From Myxococcota bacterium (lineage in GTDB: Bacteria > Myxococcota_A > UBA9160 > UBA6930), in contig OZ245002.1 in the NCBI GenBank assembly GCA_965223415.1, positions 5,184,001 through 5,248,000 of the forward strand: a DNA stretch of 64,000 nt. The letters run 5' to 3'. Every line of letters begins with the position of its first letter. Within the stretch, counting starts at the first letter, position 1. The position numbers and the translations under genes are program-made. The notes under the pieces were generated by a model. It saw nothing but the letters and a program-made list of their open reading frames with translations. It was not told where the DNA came from and searched no databases. Below are positions 20,000 through 29,349 of this stretch, in pieces.

Positions 20000-21025
20000 C
20001 TAGTCGTCGTACTTCACCTCGCAGCGAGCGCCCCGGGCGCGGCCCTGACAGGTCAGGATCCAGCCCTCGGCGACCTCCGCCTCGTTGAAGACGTCGTTCG
20101 TCGCCATCTCGACCTCGCCTTCGACCCGCGTCGCCGCGCAGGAGCCGCAGTAGCCCTCTTCGCAGGCGAAGGGTGCGTCGAGACCGGCGTCGAGGGCGGC
20201 CCGCAGGATCGACTGGCCCGGCGTGTAGGGCACCCGGTGGGTCCGGCCGTCCAGGTGCACGAGGATCTCGCTGGGCGCGTCGCCCGCCTCCGGCCCCGCC
20301 AGCGCCGCGGCCGGGGCCTCGCTGCCCTCGGGCGATTCGAAGCGCTCGATGAAGACCTGGTCCGGCGAGGCGCCGACCTTGGCGAGGGCCTCCTCCACGA
20401 CCTCCATGAAGGGGCCCGGCCCGCAGACGTAGCAATGGGCGGTCTCCAGGCCGCGGGCGTGGGCCGCCGCGCCGGCCGCATCGAGGAAGCCGCGCTCTTC
20501 GTCCAGATGGTGGACGACCTCCAGGCGCTCAGGATGGCCGCGGGCCAGGGCGTCGAGCTCGTCCTCGAAGATGATCGAGGGGCGGTCCCGGTTGGCGTAC
20601 ACGAGCCGGATCCGGCGGCGGGTGGTGGCGAGGGCGCTCTTCACCAGCGAGATCACGGGCGTGATCCCGCTCCCTCCTCCGAAGAGCAGGAGGGGTGCTT
20701 CGGCGTCGCGCAGCACGAAGCGGCCCGCCGGCGGCAGCACCTCGAGGGTGCTGCCCGGCCCCACGCGATCGTGGAACCAGTTCGACACGCGCCCTTCGTC
20801 GACCCGCTTGACCGTGACCTTGAAGGTCCGCTCGGTCACCGGGCAGCTGGCGAGGGAGTAGCAGCGCAGCAGGCTTCCACCTTCCCAGGGCACTCGGAAG
20901 GTCAGGAACTGACCCGCCTGGTAGGCGAAGCGGGGCGCCAGCTCGGCGGGTACGTCGAGCACGAAGGAGCGCGCGTCCGCCGTCTCCTCGATCACCCGGG
21001 CCACGGAGAGTGCGTGGTACTGCAC
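20000..21025 (-). CDS. Ferredoxin-NAD(P) reductase (KshB/PaaK-like: FAD, NAD and 2Fe-2S domains)
   Basis: RCYSLAS, GGSGITP, YVCGP, CEEGYCGSC...LTCQ; GTG start at 21025. Confidence 0.92.
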   Translation of the reverse strand: MQYHALSVARVIEETADARSFVLDVPAELAPRFAYQAGQFLTFRVPWEGGSLLRCYSLASCPVTERTFKVTVKRVDEGRVSNWFHDRVGPGSTLEVLPPAGRFVLRDAEAPLLLFGGGSGITPVISLVKSALATTRRRIRLVYANRDRPSIIFEDELDALARGHPERLEVVHHLDEERGFLDAAGAAAHARGLETAHCYVCGPGPFMEVVEEALAKVGASPDQVFIERFESPEGSEAPAAALAGPEAGDAPSEILVHLDGRTHRVPYTPGQSILRAALDAGLDAPFACEEGYCGSCAATRVEGEVEMATNDVFNEAEVAEGWILTCQGRARGARCEVKYDD

Positions 21026-21072
21026 GGCGGGGATGTAGAGGACCCCCGGGGCCGTTTCAACGTCTGGCGCCC

Positions 21073-21090
21073 CTGTGAAGCGTTTCACAG
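21073..21090. promoter_or_regulatory. Palindromic regulator-binding site (TGTGA-N6-TCACA)
   Basis: CTGTGAAGCGTTTCACAG in the divergent intergenic region, about 50 nt upstream of the reductase. Confidence 0.6.
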
Positions 21091-21422
21091 TGCACCCCCG
21101 GCTCGAGCGGCGATGCTCGGGAGGTCGGGGGCGGTCCCCGACAAGCCGACCGGAAGGCCCTCGGAGAGCCAGCGGCCCCTGGGCCCGAACGGCCTTCCGG
21201 TCGGCATCGATCGCCCGGTCCTCGTGCACCCGGGGCCGGGCGGTCGCCTAGCCCCGAAGCACTGCGGACCGGGTCGCACCCCTTCGCTCCACGCGCGCCG
21301 GCGCCGGGCGGCTCGCCTCTCGCACCCGGAGGCGAGCCCCGGCGTCCCCGGTCGGCGGGCCGCTCCCGACGGCCGCGCGCCGGCGCCGGCCGCCCCCTCC
21401 AGGGCCCGCTACCGTGCCGCCC

Positions 21423-21890
21423 GTGGATGCGCGGATCGCCTTCTGGTGCGGCGCCCTGGCCAACATGGGCTTGATCGTCGGGATCGCCGCCCTGGGCGTC
21501 CGGCAGGTCCGACGCGGCGACGTCCCCGGCCACCGGCGCTCGATGCTCACCGCTTGCGCCCTCGTCGTCTTCTTCCTGCTCTCGTACCTGGTGAAGCGGG
21601 CGCTGATCGGCGGCGAGGATCTCGATACCTGGGGCCGCGCTGCTCTCGTGAACCTCTGGGTCCACGAGACGACGGTGATGGGGATGCTGATCGCCGGCGG
21701 CGTCGCCTTCCATCGCGGCCGGCGTCTCGCGGGGACCCGGCGTGTGACCGGCAGCGCGGACGATCCGGCCGCCTCGCCGGAGGCCCTGCGCAGACATCGT
21801 CGGATGGGCTGGGTCAGCGTCGCGGCCTCGGCGCTGGGCCTGCTCACGGCCTGCGGCATCCTGGCGGGCATGTTCGCGCGCCACGCCTAG
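21423..21890 (+). CDS. DUF420 family membrane protein
   Basis: Four TM segments; HRRSMLTA, FLLSYL, HRRMG. Start is GTG 21423 (21414 also possible). Confidence 0.75.
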   Translation: MDARIAFWCGALANMGLIVGIAALGVRQVRRGDVPGHRRSMLTACALVVFFLLSYLVKRALIGGEDLDTWGRAALVNLWVHETTVMGMLIAGGVAFHRGRRLAGTRRVTGSADDPAASPEALRRHRRMGWVSVAASALGLLTACGILAGMFARHA

Positions 21891-21908
21891 CCACCGCGCG
21901 CTGCCCGG

Positions 21909-22526
21909 CTACCGGCCTCCTACCGGCTCGGTGATCGGCACGTGTCCGGGCTGCCTGCGCACCCGTTCGAGCCAGCGACGGACCGACGGATAGGCCGCCA
22001 GCGCGAAGCCGCCCTCCTCCGCCACGTGGGTGTAGGCATAGAGCGCGATATCGGCGATCGAGTAGCGCTCGGCCACGAAAAAGGGGCGCGTCCCCAGGTG
22101 AGCCTCCATCACGCCGAGGGCGGCCTCGCCGCCGGCCCGTTTGGCCGCGATCTCCGCCTCGCTGTGCTCGTCCAGGGTGCCCGCGTGGTGCCAGAACCGC
22201 AGCACGGCGATGAAGGGCTCGTGGCTGTATTGCTCGAAGCCCATCCACTGGAGCACCCGCGCGCGGTCGAGGCGGTCGTCGGGCAGCAGCGGCGTCCCCT
22301 CGGCCAGGTACCACTGGATGGCGTTCGACTCGGCCAGGGTCGTGCCGTCCGGCAGCTCGAGGAGCGGGATGCGGCCGTTGGGGTTCTTCGCCAGGAACTC
22401 GGGAGTGCGCGTCTCGCCCTGCAGGATGTCGAGTTCCACGCGCTCGAACGGCATGCCGAGCTGGCTCAGCAGGAGGCGCACCTTGTAGCCGTTGCCCGAC
22501 TCGAGATGGTCGTACAGCCGCAGCAC
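21909..22526 (-). CDS. Glutathione S-transferase
   Basis: SGNGYKVRL, NPNGRIP, LAESNAI, YSIADIALY; GTG start with AGGAGG RBS. Confidence 0.93.
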   Translation of the reverse strand: MLRLYDHLESGNGYKVRLLLSQLGMPFERVELDILQGETRTPEFLAKNPNGRIPLLELPDGTTLAESNAIQWYLAEGTPLLPDDRLDRARVLQWMGFEQYSHEPFIAVLRFWHHAGTLDEHSEAEIAAKRAGGEAALGVMEAHLGTRPFFVAERYSIADIALYAYTHVAEEGGFALAAYPSVRRWLERVRRQPGHVPITEPVGGR

Positions 22527-22675
22527 GGCGAGCCCTCCTGGGGCGCGGACGCTACCGCGCCGACGGCGCGGGGGCACCCGCGGTACCCTGCCGCCGGCCC
22601 TGACACCGTCGTCGAGGCCGGCCCGGGCGGCGGGACGCTCCCCGGCCCTCCCCCACGTCCCCGACGGAGGAGACC

Positions 22676-23431
22676 ATGGAGCCGCGCTTCACCGACAAGG
22701 CCGTGCTGGTGACGGGAGCCGCCTCGGGCATCGGTCGGGCGACGGCCCTGCGACTGGCGTCGGAGGGTGCCACGGTCTTCGCCTGCGACCTGGATGCCGA
22801 CGGGCTGGAGACCCTTCGCGGGGAGATCGCCGGCGCGGGCGGCCGGGCCGTGGTCCGCCCTCTCGACGTGCGCGACCGGGCCGCCTGCCGCAGCACCGTG
22901 GCCGATGCGGTCGCCTCCCTCGGCGGCCTCGACGTGCTGTGCAACGTCGCCGGCGTGCTGCGCGGCGGCCGGGTGACCGACGTGACCGACGAGGACTGGG
23001 ACCTGCTCCTGGCCGTCAACCTGACCGCCGTCTTCACGCTCTCCGCGGCCGCCGTCCCCGCCCTGCTCGAGCGCGGCGGCTGCATCGTCAACATGGCCTC
23101 GGCCGCGGGGCTGGGCGGCCAGGCGTACACGTCGGTGTATGCGGCGACCAAGGCCGGCGTGGTCTCGCTCACGAAGTCGATGGCCCTCGAGTACGGCAAG
23201 CAGGGCCTGCGCGTGAACGCGGTGTGCCCGGGCGGCGTGATGACGCCGATGGCCCGCAGCTTCCAGCCACCCGAGGACGCGGACCGGGAGCTCTTCGCGA
23301 GGCTGCTGCCGCTCGTGCCGCCTGCCCGGCCGGACGAGATCGCGGCGGCGGTGGCCTATCTCGCCTCGGCGGAGGCCCGCTACGTGAACGGCGCCAGCCT
23401 CTCGATCGACGGGGGCCAGACCGCCGGCTGA
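22676..23431 (+). CDS. Short-chain dehydrogenase/reductase
   Basis: TGAASGIG, NVAG, YAATK, NAVCPG, DGG. Confidence 0.95.
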   Translation: MEPRFTDKAVLVTGAASGIGRATALRLASEGATVFACDLDADGLETLRGEIAGAGGRAVVRPLDVRDRAACRSTVADAVASLGGLDVLCNVAGVLRGGRVTDVTDEDWDLLLAVNLTAVFTLSAAAVPALLERGGCIVNMASAAGLGGQAYTSVYAATKAGVVSLTKSMALEYGKQGLRVNAVCPGGVMTPMARSFQPPEDADRELFARLLPLVPPARPDEIAAAVAYLASAEARYVNGASLSIDGGQTAG

Positions 23432-23475
23432 ACGGGGGGTCAAGAGAGCGCCGTGGCCAGCCGATCCAGGCTTCG

Positions 23476-24213
23476 ATGCGTTGGATCGCCGCGTTCGGAG
23501 GCGGAGCGTTCGTCTTGGCGAGCCTGGCCGTCGGGCTGCGCCTGCTGCGGCTCGCCCTGCGCACGCGGGCTGTGCCCGAGACCACCCTGGGCCTCGGACT
23601 CACGCTGATGGGCGGTTTCGCGTACCCGCTGACGAGCGTCGCCCGCCAGGCCCAGGCGCTCTCGGACGAGACCCGCACGGCCCTGATGATCGCGGCCCAC
23701 GTGCTCATGGTCCTGGGCATCGGCTGCATGGGCGTGTTCACCTGGCGTGTGTTCCGGCCCGAGAGTGTCTCCGCACGTCGCGCCGTGACGGCCCTGGGCC
23801 TGGCCCTGGCCGGCTGTTTCGTGTGGCAGGGCGTGTCGCCGGGGTACAGCGCCGGGGCGCTGGCCAAGGAGGGCCTGGCCATCGTCGCGATCAACGCGCT
23901 CGCGGGCCTCGCCATGGGTTGGACCGCGACGGAGGCCCTGCGCTACGCGGCGCTCCTGCGGCGCCGCCTGCCCCTCGGCCTGGCGGACCCGGCCGTCGCG
24001 CGGCAGGTCCTGCTCTGGGGGGTGGCCTCGGGCGCGGCGACCCTGATCACGACCGCCACGCTCACCCTGCACGCCCTCGGCATGGACCCGGCGACCTCCA
24101 CGGCAGGCGCGCTGATCATCGGCCCCCTCGGCCTCGTGGCAGCGATCAGCGTCTCTCGGGCCTTCTGGGGCTCTCCAGCGCCGGAGCCCGCGATCGCCCC
24201 ATCCGGGGGTTGA
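23476..24213 (+). CDS. Hypothetical multi-pass (about 7 TM) membrane protein
   Basis: MRWIAAFGGGAFVLASLAVGLRLL...; alternating hydrophobic segments; LGLADP motif. Confidence 0.75.
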   Translation: MRWIAAFGGGAFVLASLAVGLRLLRLALRTRAVPETTLGLGLTLMGGFAYPLTSVARQAQALSDETRTALMIAAHVLMVLGIGCMGVFTWRVFRPESVSARRAVTALGLALAGCFVWQGVSPGYSAGALAKEGLAIVAINALAGLAMGWTATEALRYAALLRRRLPLGLADPAVARQVLLWGVASGAATLITTATLTLHALGMDPATSTAGALIIGPLGLVAAISVSRAFWGSPAPEPAIAPSGG

Positions 24214-24245
24214 CCGCGGGAGCCGGCCCCCGCTAACGAGGGCCC

Positions 24246-25637
24246 ATGTCCGGCGACGCCCTCCCCACCACCGAGGGCGCCGAGGAGGAAGCCCCACGCC
24301 GCGGCACGGGCACGACCCGTCGCATCTGGGAGCTGGCCTGGCCGGCGATCGCCACGAACCTGCTGCACTCGATCGTCGGCATGGTGGACATCAAGATCGT
24401 GGGCTCCCTGGGCGCGCCGGCGGTCGCCGCCGTGACCACGGGGCACCGCATCTTCTTCATCCTCCAGGGCGTGATGATGGCGGTGACCGCGGGCACCACC
24501 GCCTTGGTGGCGCGCGCGTGGGGCGCCGGCGACCACGCCGAGGCCGAGCGGGTGACCCGCGCTTCCCTGTGGATGTGTCTCGTCTTCGCAGCCGTGCTCA
24601 CGGCGCCGGGCGTGCTCTTCGCCGAGGAGCTCGCCGGCATCTTCAAGGGCCTCGATCCGGAAACCATGGCCCTCGCGGCGGACTTCATCCGCACGATCTC
24701 CTGGTTCAACGTCGCCTTCGCCGTGAACATCGTGCTCGGCACGGCGCTTCGCGCGGCGGGGGACACACGCACGCCGCTGCTGATCGCGGTGGTGACGAAC
24801 ATCGTGAACGTGTTCCTGCTCTACGGTCTCGTCTACGGCGAGCTCGGCATGCCGGAGCTCGGCGTGCGGGGCGCGGCCATGGCCAACGGCCTCGCCTTCG
24901 CCTTCGGCGCGGTGATCACCGTGGCGCTCTGGCTGGGCCGGGCCCTCGTCGTGCGCTGGGGTCCCACCGGTGGCGATCTGGCGCCGGCGCGCCTCCGGCA
25001 GATCCTGCACATCGGCTACCCCTCGGGCCTCGAGCAGTTCGTCTTCCAGGCGGGGCTGATGGCGTTCCTGATGATCGTCGCCCGCTACGGTGAGGCGCCC
25101 TACGCCGCCTACAGCATCGGCGTGAACATCCTCTCCTTCTCGTTCCTGGTGGGCTTCGGCTTCTCGATCGCCGCCTCGACCATGGTGGGCCAGAACCTGG
25201 GGGCCGAGGATCCGTTGGCCGCCGAGCGCAGCGGCTGGCGCGCCATGGCGCTCTCGATGGGCGTGATGGTCGTGTTCGGCGCCGCCATCATCGCCATCGC
25301 CGAGCCCTTCGCGCGCTTCCTCATCGACGACGACGAGGTCGTGCGCCTGGCGGTCGTGTTCATCTGGCTGCTGGGCTCGGTACAGGCGCTGATGGGGATC
25401 GAGTTCGCCCTGGGCGGCGCCCTGCGCGGGGCCGGCGATACCCGCTTCCCGCTCGGCATCGTGTTCGCGGGCTTCTTCCTGGGTCGCATCCCGCTCGCGC
25501 TGCTGCTGACCTGGTTGGGATGGAGTGTCGAGTGGGTGTTCGCGGCGCTGCTGGCCGACTACGTGATCAAGGCGGTCGGCCTGGTCCTGCGCTTCCGGGG
25601 CGGGCGCTGGAAGGAGGTGATCCCGGATCGGGCTTGA
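24246..25637 (+). CDS. MATE family efflux transporter
   Basis: LAWPAI, VDIKIVG, LRAAGDTRTPL, LGVRGAAMA, VGQNLGA, LRGAGDTR. Confidence 0.95.
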   Translation: MSGDALPTTEGAEEEAPRRGTGTTRRIWELAWPAIATNLLHSIVGMVDIKIVGSLGAPAVAAVTTGHRIFFILQGVMMAVTAGTTALVARAWGAGDHAEAERVTRASLWMCLVFAAVLTAPGVLFAEELAGIFKGLDPETMALAADFIRTISWFNVAFAVNIVLGTALRAAGDTRTPLLIAVVTNIVNVFLLYGLVYGELGMPELGVRGAAMANGLAFAFGAVITVALWLGRALVVRWGPTGGDLAPARLRQILHIGYPSGLEQFVFQAGLMAFLMIVARYGEAPYAAYSIGVNILSFSFLVGFGFSIAASTMVGQNLGAEDPLAAERSGWRAMALSMGVMVVFGAAIIAIAEPFARFLIDDDEVVRLAVVFIWLLGSVQALMGIEFALGGALRGAGDTRFPLGIVFAGFFLGRIPLALLLTWLGWSVEWVFAALLADYVIKAVGLVLRFRGGRWKEVIPDRA

Positions 25638-25671
25638 ATTAGATATATGATTAGATATTCATATATCTAAT
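25638..25671. promoter_or_regulatory. AT-rich 13-8-13 inverted repeat (probable operator)
   Basis: ATTAGATATATGA-TTAGATAT-TCATATATCTAAT directly upstream of the methyltransferase gene. Confidence 0.7.
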
Positions 25672-25696
25672 CCTGCTCAGCGCCCGAGGTTGGATC

Positions 25697-26311
25697 ATGC
25701 CGCGACTGGCCCTCTTCCTGTGTCTCCTCTGGTTCCTGTCCCTCTTCGTCTACCGCAGCCTGCTGCACTGGCGCCGCACGGGCTCGACCGGCGTCCACGG
25801 CTTCCGCGGCGCGATCGGATCCCTGCCCTGGCTCGCCGGAACCGCCGCGAGCCTGGGGCTCCTGCTCGGCCCCCTGGCACCGGCCGCCACGCTCCTCGGG
25901 TGGCCCGGTGGGGCGTTGCTGGCCAGCCACCCCGCGCTTCACCTCGCGGGCGCCGCCCTGGCCCTGACCGGCAACGCCGGCGCCCTGGTCGCCCAGCTGG
26001 GGATGGGCGACTCCTGGCGCGTCGGCGTGGACGACGGCGAGACGACCGAGCTCGTGACCGACGGCCTGTTCACCTGGGTGCGGAACCCGATCTTCTCCTT
26101 CGTCATCCTCACGGTGCTCGGCCTCGTGATGATGGTCCCGAACGCCCTCGCGCTGCTGGCCTGCGGCCTCACCGTCCTCGGCATCGAGCTCCAGGTGCGC
26201 GCGGTCGAGGAGCCGTACCTGCGCGCGACCCACGGCGCGGCCTACGCCCGCTACACGGAAGAGGTCGGGCGCTTCGTCCCGAAGCTCGGCCGCCACCGCG
26301 TGCCGACATGA
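25697..26311 (+). CDS. Isoprenylcysteine carboxyl methyltransferase (ICMT/Ste14) family membrane protein
   Basis: MGDSWRVG, LVTDGLFTWVRNPIF, EEPYL...GAAYARY...VGRFVP. Confidence 0.9.
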   Translation: MPRLALFLCLLWFLSLFVYRSLLHWRRTGSTGVHGFRGAIGSLPWLAGTAASLGLLLGPLAPAATLLGWPGGALLASHPALHLAGAALALTGNAGALVAQLGMGDSWRVGVDDGETTELVTDGLFTWVRNPIFSFVILTVLGLVMMVPNALALLACGLTVLGIELQVRAVEEPYLRATHGAAYARYTEEVGRFVPKLGRHRVPT

Positions 26312-26341
26312 GCCCGGACGACCGGCTGGCCCGCCGAGGTC

Positions 26342-26605
26342 GTGCACCGGATGGTGGCGATGGGCTTCCGTGGACCTGGTAAACGCCGTGGCCTCGCCCG
26401 TGTTCGCCGCAGGCTACCTCCGACGCGCGCGTTGGAGGATGCCGCTCGGAGCCGTGTGCCTCACGATCTCGCTCTAGGCGCCGGTCCTGTTCAACGACTG
26501 GACCGGCGCCAACCCCTTCGCCTGCGGCCCCGCGAACCTGGCCTTCGTGGCCGTCGTCGTGCTGGCCGGCCTCTTCGTCTCCTGGGGGAAGCGCGGCTTC
26601 CGTGA
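26342..26605 (+). pseudogene. Probable decayed membrane-protein gene fragment
   Basis: Frame from 26370 reads VDLVNAVASPVFAAGYLRRARWRMPLGAVCLTISL*APVLF...LAFVAVVVLAGLFVSWG, with in-frame TAG at 26475-26477 and an apparent +1 shift near 26369. Confidence 0.4.
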
Positions 26606-26617
26606 TGGAGGCGTGGC

Positions 26618-26920
26618 TCAGCCGAGCGGGCCCTTCGACGCCACCTCGTAGCGGTGGACGACCATCTCCTTCACGCCGAATCCACCCATCGCCTGCTGGA
26701 ACTTCGCCATGTGGGGCGTCTTGAAGTGGAGGTCGAGGGCCTCCTGGCTCTCCCACTCCTCGAAGATGCGGACCCGACCCTCCTGGGTGAGATCCGCGGC
26801 GAAGCAGTAGGCGCTGCAGCCGTCTTCCTTCAGCGTCTCGCGCACCATCTCCTGGGCAGCGGCGGTGGCATCGGGAAGCTTGGCGGAATCGAGAGTCACG
26901 TAGCCAGCGATGACGAGCAT
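26618..26920 (-). CDS. Antibiotic biosynthesis monooxygenase (putative quinol monooxygenase) family
   Basis: EDGCSAY, IFEEWESQEALDLHFKTPHM; AGGAGG RBS. Confidence 0.9.
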   Translation of the reverse strand: MLVIAGYVTLDSAKLPDATAAAQEMVRETLKEDGCSAYCFAADLTQEGRVRIFEEWESQEALDLHFKTPHMAKFQQAMGGFGVKEMVVHRYEVASKGPLG

Positions 26921-26943
26921 GAGGTCCTCCTGGGCGGGCGATC

Positions 26944-27807
26944 CTAGGGCTTGTCCCGCGGCGGCGGCCACCCGGGCACGAGGCCGAGCTCCTTGCACAG
27001 GCGTTGGGCGTGGACGGTCTGCCCCTGGTACCGGGCCCCGGCCGGGTCGTCGGCGAGCCAGGCGATCACTTCCGCCGGCACCCGCGGCGGTGCTCCGCCC
27101 CACTGGCGGGCGAAGGTCTCGGTCATGCCGCGCTCTTCCATCGTCTCGGTGAGCACGAAGCCGGGCTCGACGTTCACCACGCGCACGCCGGACTCCGCAT
27201 GCTCCACGGCGAAGATGCCGGCCATGCGCAGGAACGCGGCCTTGGACGAGGAGTAGCCGAAGCCCCAGCCGCCCTCCCCCACCGGCCGCTCCGGATCCGT
27301 CATCGCCGATTCGGAGACGAGGTTCAGGATGCAGCCGCGGCCTCGCTCGATCATCGCGGGCAGGACGGCCTGGATCAGGGCGAGCTGGTTCACCGCATTG
27401 CCGAGGAAGAGACGCTCCAGGTGCTCGGGCTGGAGGTCGAGCAGGCGGTCCATCGTGCCAGGCCCCTGGTAGATGGCGTTGTTCACCAGCAGCTCGATCG
27501 GGCCCCAGGCGGCGGTCGCCTCCTTCACCGCGGTGTGGATCGATGCCCGGTCGAGGAGGTCCATACGGATGGGCAAGGCCTCGCCGCCGGCGGCGCGGAT
27601 GTCCTCGGCGGTGGCCTGGAGGCTACCGGGCATGGCACGCACCTCGGAGGCGGAGGCGGTGTTCGAGTACTCGTACCGCTCGCCCGTCTCGAGGGTGCGC
27701 GCAGTGAGCACCACCGCATAGCCATGCTCGGCCAGGGTCGTAGCGGTGACCTTGCCGATCCCGCGGCTGGCCCCGGTCACGAAGGCGACGCGTCGTTGCG
27801 TGGGCAT
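26944..27807 (-). CDS. Short-chain dehydrogenase/reductase
   Basis: TGASRGIG, LVNNA, YSSSK, VEPG; ATG at 27807. Confidence 0.92.
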   Translation of the reverse strand: MPTQRRVAFVTGASRGIGKVTATTLAEHGYAVVLTARTLETGERYEYSNTASASEVRAMPGSLQATAEDIRAAGGEALPIRMDLLDRASIHTAVKEATAAWGPIELLVNNAIYQGPGTMDRLLDLQPEHLERLFLGNAVNQLALIQAVLPAMIERGRGCILNLVSESAMTDPERPVGEGGWGFGYSSSKAAFLRMAGIFAVEHAESGVRVVNVEPGFVLTETMEERGMTETFARQWGGAPPRVPAEVIAWLADDPAGARYQGQTVHAQRLCKELGLVPGWPPPRDKP

Positions 27808-27821
27808 CCGCTCGCCTCTCC

Positions 27822-28292
27822 TCAGATGCGCAGCCGGACCGCGTGGCCCGCCCGGCTGGCGCCGCGCACCAGATCCTGGAGACGGGCGAGGGAGCGCTGG
27901 TACTCGCGGTTGTCGATGCGCAGACGGAGCTCGCGTCCCCGCTCGCGGGCGAGGACGAACTCGTGGACGGCGCCGTAGGTCTTGCGGTCGGCCTCGTAGA
28001 GCATGGCGGAGGCGTCCTCCAGCAGGGCCTGGGGCACGAGGGTGTCGCGCCCGTCGCCGAGCGGGCCCATCTCGAGCGGCAGCTCGTTCAGGACGTCGAC
28101 CACGCCGTGGCCGAGCAGCGCGTGGGTGGTGTTGGGCGAGAGATGCACGCGGGTGTTCGTCTCCAGCTCGGCCGCTTCGTTGATCCACACCCAGCCCGCG
28201 TCACCGACCCGGAGCGCCGGATGCGCGCCGGCGTCGGGCGCCTCGAGCACCAGCACCTCCCGCTCCTTCGCCGCGCCTGCAGGGCCTCGCAT
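27822..28292 (-). CDS. Hypothetical protein
   Basis: Codon bias fits a real gene; TATGCT 7 nt upstream of ATG 28292; no motif recognised. Confidence 0.6.
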   Translation of the reverse strand: MRGPAGAAKEREVLVLEAPDAGAHPALRVGDAGWVWINEAAELETNTRVHLSPNTTHALLGHGVVDVLNELPLEMGPLGDGRDTLVPQALLEDASAMLYEADRKTYGAVHEFVLARERGRELRLRIDNREYQRSLARLQDLVRGASRAGHAVRLRI

Positions 28293-28346
28293 GGCCAGCA
28301 GCATAGCCTGAGGCTAGGGTTCCTCTTTCCCCCTGGAGGGAACGTC

Positions 28347-29321
28347 ATGCCGATCAGCCTGAAGGGACGGAGCCTGCTCACGCTCCGGGAGTTCGCGCCG
28401 GACGAGATCGCGCTGATGGTCGACACGGCCGCGGACCTGAAGGCCGCCAAGCGGAGCGGCGTGTTCCCGCGCCGCCTCGCCAACCGCAACATCGCCATGA
28501 TCTTCGAGAAGCCGTCTTGCCGCACCCGAGCGTCCTTCGCCGTGGCCGCCGCGGACGAGGGCGCGAACCTCGAGGTGCTGCCGCCGGAGGAGATCCGCTT
28601 CGGGCGCAAGGAATCGATCAAGGACGTTTCCCGGGTGCTGGGGCGCCTCTTCGACGGCATCGTCTGGCGGGGCTTCGAGCACGACATCGTGAAGGAGCTG
28701 GCGGAGCACGCCGGCGTGCCGGTCTGGAACGCGCTCTCCGACGCCTATCATCCGACCCAGGTGCTGGCCGACCTGCTCACCGTACGCGAAGTCTTCGGCC
28801 GGCTGCGCGGCGTGCGCATCTGCTACGTGGGCGACGGGCGCAACAACCAGGCCACTTCGCTCATGATCGGCGCCGCCAAGATGGGCGTCGACCTGCGCAT
28901 CCTGGCCCCACCCCAGCTGGCGCCCTCCGAGGCCCTGGTGAAAGAGCTGATGAGCGAGGCCTCCGTGGGCGCGAACATCGTCGTCACCTCCGACCCGGAC
29001 CGCGCCCTGGTCGGCTGCGAGGCCGTCTACGGCGACGTCTGGGTCTCGATGGGCGAAGAAGACCTGATCGAAGAGCGCATCGCCCTGCTCCACGACTACC
29101 GCGTCACACCGGAGCTGATGGCGCTGACCGGCCGCCCCGACACCATCTACATGCACTGCCTCCCCGCGCTCCACGACCTCTCCACCGAGTTCGCCCGCGT
29201 CCACCCGGACGTCTGCGAGGTCGCCGACGAAGTCTTCGAGCACCCCCAGAGCCGCGTCTTCGAGCAAGCCGAGAACCGCATGCACACCGCCAAAGCCGTC
29301 ATGGTCCTCACCGTCGGCTAA
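28347..29321 (+). CDS. argF: Ornithine carbamoyltransferase
   Basis: FEKPSCRTR (STRT variant), HPTQ, GDGRNN, DVWVSMG, HCLP, QAENRMH; GGAGG RBS. Confidence 0.9.
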   Translation: MPISLKGRSLLTLREFAPDEIALMVDTAADLKAAKRSGVFPRRLANRNIAMIFEKPSCRTRASFAVAAADEGANLEVLPPEEIRFGRKESIKDVSRVLGRLFDGIVWRGFEHDIVKELAEHAGVPVWNALSDAYHPTQVLADLLTVREVFGRLRGVRICYVGDGRNNQATSLMIGAAKMGVDLRILAPPQLAPSEALVKELMSEASVGANIVVTSDPDRALVGCEAVYGDVWVSMGEEDLIEERIALLHDYRVTPELMALTGRPDTIYMHCLPALHDLSTEFARVHPDVCEVADEVFEHPQSRVFEQAENRMHTAKAVMVLTVG

Positions 29322-29349
29322 CCGTTAAGTCAGGGGCCGGTTCCGTTTG

